Part shown: positions 21,235 to 29,278 of the stretch, one piece after another
Position numbering within the stretch: position 1 is the stretch's first letter
How the letters are laid out: the number at the start of each line of letters is the position of its first letter
Origin: a virus
Taxonomy: Duplodnaviria > Caudoviricetes
Strand: one strand, 5' to 3'
Virus record (IMG/VR): IMGVR_UViG_3300027586_000017
Location: 1-38,973 of that record
DNA length: 38,973 nucleotides
The notes under the pieces: model-generated
Told to the model about the DNA's origin: nothing
What the model saw: the letters and a program-made list of their open reading frames with translations, nothing else
The model's database searches: none
Program-made: the position numbers and the translations under genes

Positions 21235-21570
21235 TTAAAGTATATAGTTAGAGAAACCAATTACCTGAACCCCAATACCTGGGGGATTATCTGCTCTATA
21301 TCCTTCAATACCAATATTGGTTATAGTTAATCTAAATGGTAGTATTTCTGTTACCGTTGTTGTTTTAGGATAGTCTGCAGTTACTAAAGATCCAACAGAA
21401 CCTGATATGTTTTCAATTGTTGGAGATATCAAAATTGTTGCTGCTGTAATTGCAAAAGCAATGGTTGAAATTAATGAAGAGTGCGTAGGTATATGTTCTG
21501 CTGTTATTGTTGGTTTTATGTCAGATATAGTTTGGCTTCTGCCAATATTAGTTATATTGGTTTCTGCCAT
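21235..21570 (-). CDS. Hypothetical virion-cluster protein
   Basis: 111-aa ORF, co-oriented and tightly packed in the structural cluster. Confidence 0.65.
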   Translation of the reverse strand: MAETNITNIGRSQTISDIKPTITAEHIPTHSSLISTIAFAITAATILISPTIENISGSVGSLVTADYPKTTTVTEILPFRLTITNIGIEGYRADNPPGIGVQVIGFSNYIL

Positions 21571-21572
21571 AA

Positions 21573-22037
21573 TTAACTTACCGTGTCTTGTTCTGTTACT
21601 TCACCGATCATAATCATTTCACCTTGACAGACAGTCCAAACACGAGTAGCACCATCTCTTAATTGAATATCAAAAACATCACCTGTTCTTAAAATCTTAG
21701 ACTGTGCAGAGGTCAATGTAACAGTAAACTCTCCCTCTTCATCAAATTCTGTTTGGTCTGGATAAATTGTAAAAAGTAAATCATCTCCAGTATTATCAGA
21801 GTATCGTCTAAACTCTCCAGAAATATCCCAACCTTCGGTGTCTCCAGCAGAGGTTGTATCGTAGTCTAACGGGTCTCCTAGGTCATCTTCAACATAAATT
21901 CTAAAGGAGGCACTATCTCCAATTACACAGGTCCAATTAACAAGTGGAGGTATGTTTCCAACATTGTATGTTGAAACAGGGGTAGCAACTGGCTGAGGAT
22001 CTAATGAAGTCTCATTGGGGTTTCTATATACGGCCAT
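21573..22037 (-). CDS. Virion adaptor-like protein (GD(S/T)...FDIQ family)
   Basis: Paralogous to 25311..25664 and 26513..26929; leaderless start. Confidence 0.6.
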   Translation of the reverse strand: MAVYRNPNETSLDPQPVATPVSTYNVGNIPPLVNWTCVIGDSASFRIYVEDDLGDPLDYDTTSAGDTEGWDISGEFRRYSDNTGDDLLFTIYPDQTEFDEEGEFTVTLTSAQSKILRTGDVFDIQLRDGATRVWTVCQGEMIMIGEVTEQDTVS

Positions 22038-22052
22038 TGTTAAATTATACCA

Positions 22053-22580
22053 TTAAGCAAGTCCATTTTTTAATGCCCCCCAAGTTCCATTACCCTTTGG
22101 CTGACCAACAATAATAATTCCAGTTGAGGCATTTGATTTAGCAACTACCGCTACAGCCCCTGATCCACCAGTAGGAATTGAGTTTGTCAAACCTCCACCA
22201 TTTGCAACATAGAGTATATTTCCAGCGGTATAAGAAGAAGTGTTAATATCCTCAAACACTCCAGAAACAATTATTACTCCGTTTGTATTATTTGAAATTG
22301 CTGCTTGTGTTATTCCTACAACTGGGAATGTTGTTAAATCATCTGAGTCGCATTTTGAAATTAATGGTTTTGTTGTGTACCCTGAGATATATACAGGAGT
22401 TCCTTTTGCAATTGTTGAACCTGTTGTATTTCTAACTTCTAAAGAAATAAACGGAACGCCAACATTAGATAAAATATCTTCTAGTCGTTCTGCAAGTGAC
22501 TGAATATCCTCATGAACGTTTACAGGGTCACTTAAAACGGGATAAGGAAGATCATAAGTATCAGTTGCACCAGTAGCCAT
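22053..22580 (-). CDS. Virion structural/fibre-associated protein
   Basis: YDLPYP...DIQSLAE N-terminal anchor, then RNTTGSTIAKGTPVYISG...LYV beta domain. Confidence 0.6.
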   Translation of the reverse strand: MATGATDTYDLPYPVLSDPVNVHEDIQSLAERLEDILSNVGVPFISLEVRNTTGSTIAKGTPVYISGYTTKPLISKCDSDDLTTFPVVGITQAAISNNTNGVIIVSGVFEDINTSSYTAGNILYVANGGGLTNSIPTGGSGAVAVVAKSNASTGIIIVGQPKGNGTWGALKNGLA

Positions 22581-22622
22581 AGTACTTATTATTATACCAC
22601 TTCCCGCACAAAAAATTAAAAA

Positions 22623-22701
22623 GTTATAGAAATGTTACCTAAAGTTTGACTTTGAAGCCAAATTCATGTTATAATTAATACATGCTACCAGTAGGTAGCA
22701 T
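22623..22701 (+). promoter_or_regulatory. Sigma-A-type promoter of the transglycosylase gene, with an upstream direct repeat and a 5' hairpin
   Basis: TTGACT (22646) -18 nt- TATAAT (22670) with a TG extension; GTTAT-N6-GTTAC at 22623-22638; hairpin ATGCTACC-AGTA-GGTAGCAT at 22682-22701. Confidence 0.7.
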
Positions 22702-22724
22702 TTGTTCTCTAGGAGGTTATTATT

Positions 22725-23270
22725 ATGAGAAGAGACAAGAAGGCTTGGATTGGAATCCTAGCATTGGTTGGAGTTGTGGCACCATTTAGCAACTTTGCTA
22801 ATGCATCAACTACGGAAAACAACTTACTAATTAAACAGGCTGAAAACCCTGCTGCCACCCACAAGGTGGCTTTTGTTGTTTCTAAAGCAAAAATGTTAGA
22901 ACGTTATGAAAACAAAACAGATCTTACAGATCTTGAATTAAAGAAGTTGCTTTCTTTGGTGGGATTTAAAGGCAACGACTTAGTAGTAGCATGGGCTATT
23001 GCCAAGAAAGAATCTAATGGTCGTCCCTTAGCATTTAACGGAAACCATAAGACTGGAGATTCATCCTATGGGATGTTTCAAATTAATATGATTGATACAC
23101 TGGGTCCAGATAGACGAGATAAGTTTGATCTTGACTCTAACGCTGAATTATTCAATCCCGTCAAAAATGCTGAGATTGCATACTACATGTCTAGGGGTGG
23201 AGAAGATTGGTCTTCTTGGAAGGGCATAACACCTAAAACTAGAATGTGGATGAATAAATTTCCTAAATAG
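22725..23270 (+). CDS. Secreted lysozyme-like lytic transglycosylase (SLT/Rpf-like fold)
   Basis: N-terminal signal peptide; AWAIAKKESNG (catalytic Glu), SYGMFQIN, NPVKNA..AY and W..W motifs; AGGAGG SD. Confidence 0.85.
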   Translation: MRRDKKAWIGILALVGVVAPFSNFANASTTENNLLIKQAENPAATHKVAFVVSKAKMLERYENKTDLTDLELKKLLSLVGFKGNDLVVAWAIAKKESNGRPLAFNGNHKTGDSSYGMFQINMIDTLGPDRRDKFDLDSNAELFNPVKNAEIAYYMSRGGEDWSSWKGITPKTRMWMNKFPK

Positions 23271-23280
23271 TTTTATATAA

Positions 23281-23322
23281 AAAAATAACCTCCTTGGATT
23301 TTGTCCTTGGAGGTATTTTTTA
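23281..23322. terminator. Probable bidirectional intrinsic terminator between convergent genes
   Basis: AAAAATAACCTCC...GGAGGTATTTTTT inverted repeat flanked by A and T tracts. Confidence 0.65.
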
Positions 23323-23336
23323 TATTATTTTTTTTA

Positions 23337-23506
23337 TTTATTAAAGTATATCATAATTATTCACAACCAAATTCTTCTAATATAACTGTGCTACAGCCCT
23401 GGCCCACTGGATTACCACTACATGGATCCCATCTACGGCCTCTGATATGTGGATAATCACAGTAGGTAGAGTAAACCGCACATCCGCAAGCAACGAAATT
23501 AGGGAA
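23337..23506. repeat. 170-bp direct repeat, copy 2
   Basis: 169/170 identical to 15651..15820. Confidence 0.95.
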
Positions 23507-23893
23507 ATAAGGTGGGAAGAATGGCGGGAAGAATGGCGGAAAGAATGGTGGGAAGAATGGTGGTGCTACTGGTGTAATTGAATTACTTGAAGAAGATGCT
23601 AAAGATGTTGCAATAGCATTATTTGATGAGGTTCTTGTTTTTGCATCAACCGTAAAGGTATAAGAAGTTCCATTGCTTAATCCAGAAACAGATATTGGAG
23701 TAGAAGTTGCTGAACCTGTAACTGAGCCAGGAGAAGATGTTGCAGTATATAAATTATTATCTCCTGGTTTACCTAGATATGCTGGTACTGTAAAAGAAAC
23801 AGATGCTGATCCATTTCCACCAGTTGCTGAACCAATTGTTGGGACAGAAGGCTGTCTTCCGTTAGCAGATCCCGTTACTCCTGGAATTGGCAT
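23357..23893 (-). CDS. Fibronectin type III virion protein with a (PFFP)n linker and a Cys-rich C-terminus (copy 2)
   Basis: One FN3-like unit (ISVSGLSNGTSYTFTV), then PPFFPPFFPPFFPPFFPPYFP and the same tip as copy 1 except one A/E change. Confidence 0.75.
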   Translation of the reverse strand: MPIPGVTGSANGRQPSVPTIGSATGGNGSASVSFTVPAYLGKPGDNNLYTATSSPGSVTGSATSTPISVSGLSNGTSYTFTVDAKTRTSSNNAIATSLASSSSNSITPVAPPFFPPFFPPFFPPFFPPYFPNFVACGCAVYSTYCDYPHIRGRRWDPCSGNPVGQGCSTVILEEFGCE

Positions 23894-24729
23894 TATGCAA
23901 TCAAATCTCCTGCAAGTACCCAGGTGTTTGTGTTAAGTTTTATCAATGTTGCCATTGATCCTGCTGCACGAAGTTTTGTTCCTGGAGTTGCATATGAAGT
24001 TATTCCACTTGTAAAAGAAACCGTAACATCAGAACTTAGAGCAATTAAGTGAACCTGTGTTCCATTTGGATATGCAACAGTTGCATTTAGTGGAACTGTA
24101 AATGCATAGGCGCCATTCATTTGAATTAAAGTGTTTTGATCTGTAAGTGTTAAGGTATATGCTGCTGTTTTTGCCGTTGTATTAACAGAAAATGATGGAA
24201 CATTTAATACAGAAGACCCATTACCAACCTGTAAAACTTTATTTGTAGAATCCCAAGATATTTTTGAATCATCAGTTGAATAAGATGTAGACAGTGATAA
24301 GGTTGGTGTAGTGATTACTGGAGATGTAAGTGTTTTATTTGTTAATGTTACAGAATTATCTAAACTTACTGCAGGTGCTGCCCACTTAATTCCAAGTGTT
24401 TGGGCTGAGTCTGCAACTAATACAAAGTTATTACTTCCAACAGCAAGATTATCTACTGTATCATTTGCAGAACCTACAAGTAGGTCTCCTTTTGCATCTA
24501 TAATAGATTTTGAAACAGATCCTGCTGGATCAAGTCCAGTAATTTGTCCTTGAAGGTCATTTAATGTGTATGCAATAGACGGGTTTACTAGGTTTGCGGT
24601 ATTAGCATTTGCAGTATTATAATCTGTTGAACCATAATGATATAATTTAAATGCAGCCTGAACATCAGCATTGTCCGCATACCCTGGAATTTTTGTGGAG
24701 TATATTGCTCCTATTGATTCTGCTGCCAT
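23893..24729 (-). CDS. Short tail fibre-like protein
   Basis: DAKGDLLVG...LAVGSNNFVLVADS...GIKW module shared with the long fibre; C-terminal NTWVLAGDL domain homologous to that of 16465..18105. Confidence 0.7.
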   Translation of the reverse strand: MAAESIGAIYSTKIPGYADNADVQAAFKLYHYGSTDYNTANANTANLVNPSIAYTLNDLQGQITGLDPAGSVSKSIIDAKGDLLVGSANDTVDNLAVGSNNFVLVADSAQTLGIKWAAPAVSLDNSVTLTNKTLTSPVITTPTLSLSTSYSTDDSKISWDSTNKVLQVGNGSSVLNVPSFSVNTTAKTAAYTLTLTDQNTLIQMNGAYAFTVPLNATVAYPNGTQVHLIALSSDVTVSFTSGITSYATPGTKLRAAGSMATLIKLNTNTWVLAGDLIA

Positions 24730-24747
24730 GTCATTTCACCTCGTCCA

Positions 24748-25311
24748 TTATATCATAACCGATACAAAAATGTGAACTGAAACCTCTGCATCAAATGCAC
24801 CCCAAGTTCCATCATACTCAGAAGCCTCAAGGTTTATGACTAAGTTTGTACCAGATACGGTAACAGATGAAAGAGAAGAGGCTAATGGTTTTGTATTTTG
24901 AATTGAGTATTGAACATTAAAATTTGCAGCGGTAAGTCCAGATGCAGTAGATATATTTGTTATTGGAATAACTACAGATCCACCTCCAGCATATGCACTT
25001 GTTCCAGAAACAAAATTTACTGTATGTAGTTTAGAGTAGATTGTGGGGTTTAACTTTAAAACCTCTACCCAAGTATCCCCGCCAGGTTCTGAAACATACT
25101 GATATAAATATCCGTAATCTGATCCTGGAGCAGAGTTAATATATAGGTCGTTTAATATTTTAGTTGATAGTGTAACTGAGTTTGGATTTCCAACACCTAC
25201 AAAAAACTTACTACCTCTTGTCCCAGTTGGACCTATATCAACAAGGAGTTCAACTGTTGATGGTCCTGCAAGAACTGTTAAATCATCATTTGATAACACA
25301 ACATCTGGCAT
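24748..25311 (-). CDS. Virion structural protein
   Basis: GPTGTRGS...G.GNP...DLYIN.....YGYLYQY motif, typical of fibre/baseplate proteins. Confidence 0.6.
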   Translation of the reverse strand: MPDVVLSNDDLTVLAGPSTVELLVDIGPTGTRGSKFFVGVGNPNSVTLSTKILNDLYINSAPGSDYGYLYQYVSEPGGDTWVEVLKLNPTIYSKLHTVNFVSGTSAYAGGGSVVIPITNISTASGLTAANFNVQYSIQNTKPLASSLSSVTVSGTNLVINLEASEYDGTWGAFDAEVSVHIFVSVMI

Positions 25312-25664
25312 TAAACTGCACCAGTAATATCATCTGTTACTGTAATTGAACCAGTAAGAAGAGTATAAACAATGCTTGCACCATTTTCAATTTGTACGTC
25401 ATAAACATATGTTGTTCCAGCAGTAAGTTCTCGTCCTTGCTCTGGTGTGATTGTGCAAGTAATTATATGGTTAGTTGTATCAACAGTCGCTGTTGCTGAA
25501 ACCTGTGTTCCAGTGCTACCACGTCTATTTGCTATTGTAAACAATGCTCCATCGGAATAATCATCAAGGGCAAAAACTGTTCCATTTGCATTTTTTGGAC
25601 GGACTATAAATTGATACGTGTCACCACGGTAATAACTAAAATTATATGTACCTGGAAATGCCAT
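25311..25664 (-). CDS. Virion adaptor-like protein
   Basis: YRGDT...YVYDVQI...LLTGSITV; GGAGG SD. Confidence 0.65.
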   Translation of the reverse strand: MAFPGTYNFSYYRGDTYQFIVRPKNANGTVFALDDYSDGALFTIANRRGSTGTQVSATATVDTTNHIITCTITPEQGRELTAGTTYVYDVQIENGASIVYTLLTGSITVTDDITGAV

Positions 25665-25688
25665 TATTCCTCCTGCTTTATTATACCA

Positions 25689-26426
25689 TTAACAAACCGA
25701 AATATAGATGCCCTTTAGCCATAAAGTGCTTTCTGAATCTGTTCTTGCCTGTGGTCTTGCTCCATAACCTTTAATTCTTTGGTCATCGATATATAACGTT
25801 TGAAAAAATGACATATCGTAAGAATACTGATATTTAAGGTTTGCTACATATGAGGTAGGAGAATTTGAATATTTTTCATTAAAAGTTCTAATCCATAACT
25901 CTGTATAGTTTGAATCAGTGGCTATTGTAAAGTCATATCTTATATCAACCTTAGCCCCTAATTTTAATGATTTAAAGTTAAACATGTTGGTATCTGATAA
26001 CCAAAGTTCATTACTATTTTTCATAATATATTCTTGGTTTGAAGATTCAAGGTTTGGGTAAAAATTAAGAGATACCCAACCATCATCCCCTCTTTGTGGT
26101 CCTAAAATATTAAGTTTGTCTGATCCATTTTTATAGTATACCCATCCTGGATATTGTCTAGAGGGTGAATCATAGCCTTCTCCGCCTTTACCAGGCTCTC
26201 CACGCTCTCCCTGTGGTCCAGTCCTACCACGTTCTCCTTGTGGGCCTTGAGAGCCTATGTCACCCTTGTCGCCCTTATCTCCTTTGGGGCCTGTTAATCC
26301 AGTTGCTCCTTGAAGACCAGGAACGGCAATATATTGTTTATCTAATTCTTGTGGATTTGAAGATTGAACAGCATCTAAATAATTTTTTTTTCTTAAAGGT
26401 TGAGGCGATTCCATGTTCTTTGCCAT
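25689..26426 (-). CDS. Collagen-like (Gly-X-Y) virion protein
   Basis: About 15 consecutive G-X-Y triplets (GLQGATGLTGPKGDKGDKGDIGSQGPQGERGRTGPQGERGEPG). Confidence 0.85.
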   Translation of the reverse strand: MAKNMESPQPLRKKNYLDAVQSSNPQELDKQYIAVPGLQGATGLTGPKGDKGDKGDIGSQGPQGERGRTGPQGERGEPGKGGEGYDSPSRQYPGWVYYKNGSDKLNILGPQRGDDGWVSLNFYPNLESSNQEYIMKNSNELWLSDTNMFNFKSLKLGAKVDIRYDFTIATDSNYTELWIRTFNEKYSNSPTSYVANLKYQYSYDMSFFQTLYIDDQRIKGYGARPQARTDSESTLWLKGIYISVC

Positions 26427-26429
26427 GGA

Positions 26430-26516
26430 CTACCTTGATTGTGTTCTGTAAACCTTAGTTCCAACTTTAATTACAGGAGGAATATTTACTTGAGCGGGAG
26501 TTACTATAACTATCAT
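26430..26516 (-). CDS. Small 28-aa protein (MIVIVTPAQVNIPPVIKVGTKVYRTQSR)
   Basis: Below the ORF-track cut-off. ATGA overlap with the upstream stop; fills the gap to the collagen-like gene almost exactly. Confidence 0.55.
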   Translation of the reverse strand: MIVIVTPAQVNIPPVIKVGTKVYRTQSR

Positions 26517-26929
26517 AGCGTACCGCTTACATCACCTATTACGCAAATTGTTCCAACAACTGGAGTCCATTTAGTAACTTCATCTCCGCCACCGCCAGAT
26601 ACCCCATCTCCAGGAAGTGTAGCCTGGAGGTCAAACCTTAACTCTGCAACAACTGGCTTGTATTTCCCAAGTCCCCAGTTTTTTGTAATGTTTGCTTTTG
26701 CAATAATATAAATAACACCGTCTTCATAGGACTCTACCGTTAATAAATCTAGGGCATCAGATACTGGATCATAGGATGTTGCTATAAATGTCCAAGCGGT
26801 AGTCTCGTATGGGGTAGTTTCATCATCTTCAAAAAACTCTACCTTAAGGGTTGCCGTATCTCCACGAACAACGTTCCATTGGATGTTGGCTGGTGTTGCA
26901 CCAAGTTTTTCGGTTGTAGGAGTACACAT
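26513..26929 (-). CDS. Virion adaptor-like protein
   Basis: WNVVRGDT...FDLQ...GTICVIGDV; paralog of 21573..22037. Confidence 0.6.
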   Translation of the reverse strand: MCTPTTEKLGATPANIQWNVVRGDTATLKVEFFEDDETTPYETTAWTFIATSYDPVSDALDLLTVESYEDGVIYIIAKANITKNWGLGKYKPVVAELRFDLQATLPGDGVSGGGGDEVTKWTPVVGTICVIGDVSGTL

Positions 26930-26954
26930 AATATTAGATTATACCATAATTCAT

Positions 26955-27007
26955 AACTGGACACTCTAAGCGCAGTGGGGTGGGGGTAGAACCTAGAGTG
27001 CCAGCCC
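26955..27007 (-). ncRNA. Candidate small hairpin RNA with a C-rich loop
   Basis: GGCUGG-CACUCUAGG / CUUAGAGUG-U-CCAGUU stem; its G-U pairs work only on the minus strand. TGTTATAAT at 27020-27012 lies just upstream. Confidence 0.45.
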
Positions 27008-27210
27008 TAACATTATAACATTAATTTATACCAGTACACATAAAAGTATAACAAAAAGTTATATATTAAATTGTTATCAAATTGTTATATTCCTATATGT
27101 CCGTTTTGTAACTATAAGTCTATTTTAACCAGGTATTGAATAGTGTATACTAAATATATAAAGAAAAGAATATACTATAGTTAAGTTTTTTAAAGATATC
27201 TTATATATAG

Positions 27211-27906
27211 TTAATATATAGACCAGTTATTATTTTTACATAACTCTAAATAATTAATTTTTTTATTATCATACTCTACAATAGTATTTTGGTCAAAGTT
27301 AGTTTTATAATCACCTGCATGATTTGAGTAGTCTGTATTAAATAAAATCTTATTTTTATTTTTAATGCATATATCACAAAAAATTTTCCAACAAGGATCG
27401 CCTGGGTGAAGCGATGATAATTCTAAACCATTTAGTTCTAGAATGCATGAGGTTTGCTTATATTTAAAAATTATTTTATCTAACATTGATTTTATTATTG
27501 TGCTATTTTTTACTGCAGCAAAATTAGCATTATTTGAACATAAATCCCACATTCCTGTTTGATATCCTGGAGGGGTGCAAATCATTTCTTCACCACTATA
27601 TTTTTTTAAAATAACGTCGTCGATTGGCATTATGCATACTGAATCCATATCTGCATAGACTCCACCATGTTCATACATAGCAATCAATCTCCAAACATCT
27701 GATTGATTTACACCGTTAGACTCTAAATAGCATTCATATAAAAAACTATCAAAATTTTTTACAGTTTCTTTTCTTTCTTTAGCACTAACATATCGATGCT
27801 CCCAACCAGGATTTAAGTTTTTCCAGGTAGATATTACGTTTAATTGGTAGTCTTTTAGGTCTGAGTACTCAGGTTCATGGGTTTGCCAAATTATTTTAGG
27901 TATCAC
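27211..27906 (-). CDS. DxD-motif glycosyltransferase (OCH1/GT32-like)
   Basis: IPKIIWQT...TWKNLNPGWEH...SDVWRL..MYEHGGVYADMD; leaderless GTG start. Confidence 0.88.
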   Translation of the reverse strand: MIPKIIWQTHEPEYSDLKDYQLNVISTWKNLNPGWEHRYVSAKERKETVKNFDSFLYECYLESNGVNQSDVWRLIAMYEHGGVYADMDSVCIMPIDDVILKKYSGEEMICTPPGYQTGMWDLCSNNANFAAVKNSTIIKSMLDKIIFKYKQTSCILELNGLELSSLHPGDPCWKIFCDICIKNKNKILFNTDYSNHAGDYKTNFDQNTIVEYDNKKINYLELCKNNNWSIY

Positions 27907-27924
27907 ATATACAGTATATAGTAG

Positions 27925-28209
27925 TTATTTAGAGCGAGAAACGTAGTCTAAAAGAACTTCATACATATGATCAAGTTTATCACTAGTTGCCTTACGCTTT
28001 TCTCTAGCGCTTTCTTGCTCAAGTTTAATTTGTTTAATTTCATCACGCATTGAGGTTCCGCCGTTGGTTTTAGTTTCGGCACGGATATCTTCTACGGCAT
28101 CGACGATAGGTTTAACTTGAACCTTTATGTACCAGCGAATCGCACCAATTATAATTGCGCCAATTGAAAGCAAAGCGAGAATAAATTGAGCCCAATCAGT
28201 TGCTGTCAT
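27925..28209 (-). CDS. Small single-pass membrane protein with a coiled-coil tail (possible lysis accessory)
   Basis: Start ATG 28209 after TATAAT; TM segment FILALLSIGAIIIGAI; NGGTSMRD motif seen in small actinophage membrane proteins. Confidence 0.6.
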   Translation of the reverse strand: MTATDWAQFILALLSIGAIIIGAIRWYIKVQVKPIVDAVEDIRAETKTNGGTSMRDEIKQIKLEQESAREKRKATSDKLDHMYEVLLDYVSRSK

Positions 28210-28367
28210 AATAACACTATTATACATTATTTTTATTTCAAATTTCGGCGGAATACGAGTTAAGCCGAAAATAGAGTATACAAACCTCACCCTGACAACA
28301 TAAGGCATACAATGCCTAACAGTGTCAAACATTGGACAAGTATCTCCTCATAGGCTATAATAGATAT

Positions 28368-29072
28368 ATGGGGAATGATGTGATTAAATTTGTTACAACT
28401 GTACAAGGTTTGGATCAAATAAATGAATGTATGCCAAAACCTGCAAAGGCATATATTCCTGAATGGTTTAAATCAATTCCTAGTAATGTAGAAGGATCGG
28501 TAAAGCAGTGTCCATCTTTTCCAGATTACTTTTCACAAGGATATGTTATTCCTATGTGGATGGATACAATATTAAAACATGATCCAATGAGTTCTCAATG
28601 GAGAGTAGATCAATCAGCACATAATATTGAAAAGTGGAGCGCTCATCCAAATGATCAATTTTTAGATTTTGTAGATCCTTCATTTAATGGTTCACCTGGC
28701 CAGTTTGTTTTTAAGACAGCCTGTCCTTGGTTTATAATTACACCTCCTGGGTGGTCGGTTTTACAACTACCTCTTTTTTATAACTTTAATAAAGACTATT
28801 CTGTTCTACCTGGAGTTATTGATACAGATATACATCATGAGATTAATCAGCAGGTTTTGTACCATGGTGATGGTCAGGATGTAATGATTAAAAGAGGAGA
28901 TCCTCTTGCTTTGTATATTCCGTTTGAAAGAAAGAAGTTAGATTATTCTGTTGGCTATAGATCCGAAGATGAAAAAAATAAAATTTTTACTTCAATAATG
29001 AGTAGAATGACTAAGTTTCCATTTAGTGGAGCATATAGAAAGATGCAAAAGGAGCGTGATTCTAGTGTCTGA
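28368..29072 (+). CDS. Uncharacterised DUF6065-like protein
   Basis: IPEWF...KQCP.F.DYFSQGYVIP...PGVIDTD...GDPLALYIPFER; leaderless ATG 6 nt after TATAAT. Confidence 0.6.
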   Translation: MGNDVIKFVTTVQGLDQINECMPKPAKAYIPEWFKSIPSNVEGSVKQCPSFPDYFSQGYVIPMWMDTILKHDPMSSQWRVDQSAHNIEKWSAHPNDQFLDFVDPSFNGSPGQFVFKTACPWFIITPPGWSVLQLPLFYNFNKDYSVLPGVIDTDIHHEINQQVLYHGDGQDVMIKRGDPLALYIPFERKKLDYSVGYRSEDEKNKIFTSIMSRMTKFPFSGAYRKMQKERDSSV

Positions 29073-29277
29073 TGACCAGAAAGATCGTGATGTTAAGCCT
29101 TGGGATTTATTTAATGGATCACCTAGGTCGCCAGAGGAAGTTGCTCAATACCGTTTGGAAATATGTAAAACCTGTGAATTCTTTAGACCAAGAACACAAA
29201 CATGTCAGAAGTGTGGTTGTTTTATGGCTGCTAAGTCTATGCTTGCAAATGCTAAATGCCCAATAGGAAAGTGGTAA
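29065..29277 (+). CDS. Small Cys-rich protein (DUF6171-like)
   Basis: PWDL...RLEICKTC...TCQKCGCFM..K.....CPIGKW; GTG start after AAGGAG. Confidence 0.65.
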   Translation: MSDDQKDRDVKPWDLFNGSPRSPEEVAQYRLEICKTCEFFRPRTQTCQKCGCFMAAKSMLANAKCPIGKW

Positions 29278-29278
29278 A

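Noticed and set aside
22676-22724. c-di-AMP (ydaO) riboswitch upstream of the Rpf-like gene
   Set aside because: The leader is only ~45 nt with one simple hairpin; too short, and it lacks the aptamer motifs.
15651-23506. The 170-bp repeat as a diversity-generating retroelement TR/VR pair (a nearby fibre has an Mtd_N-like domain)
   Set aside because: There is only one mismatch, both copies are coding, and there is no reverse transcriptase in the window. Mtd_N is an anchor domain, not evidence of a DGR.
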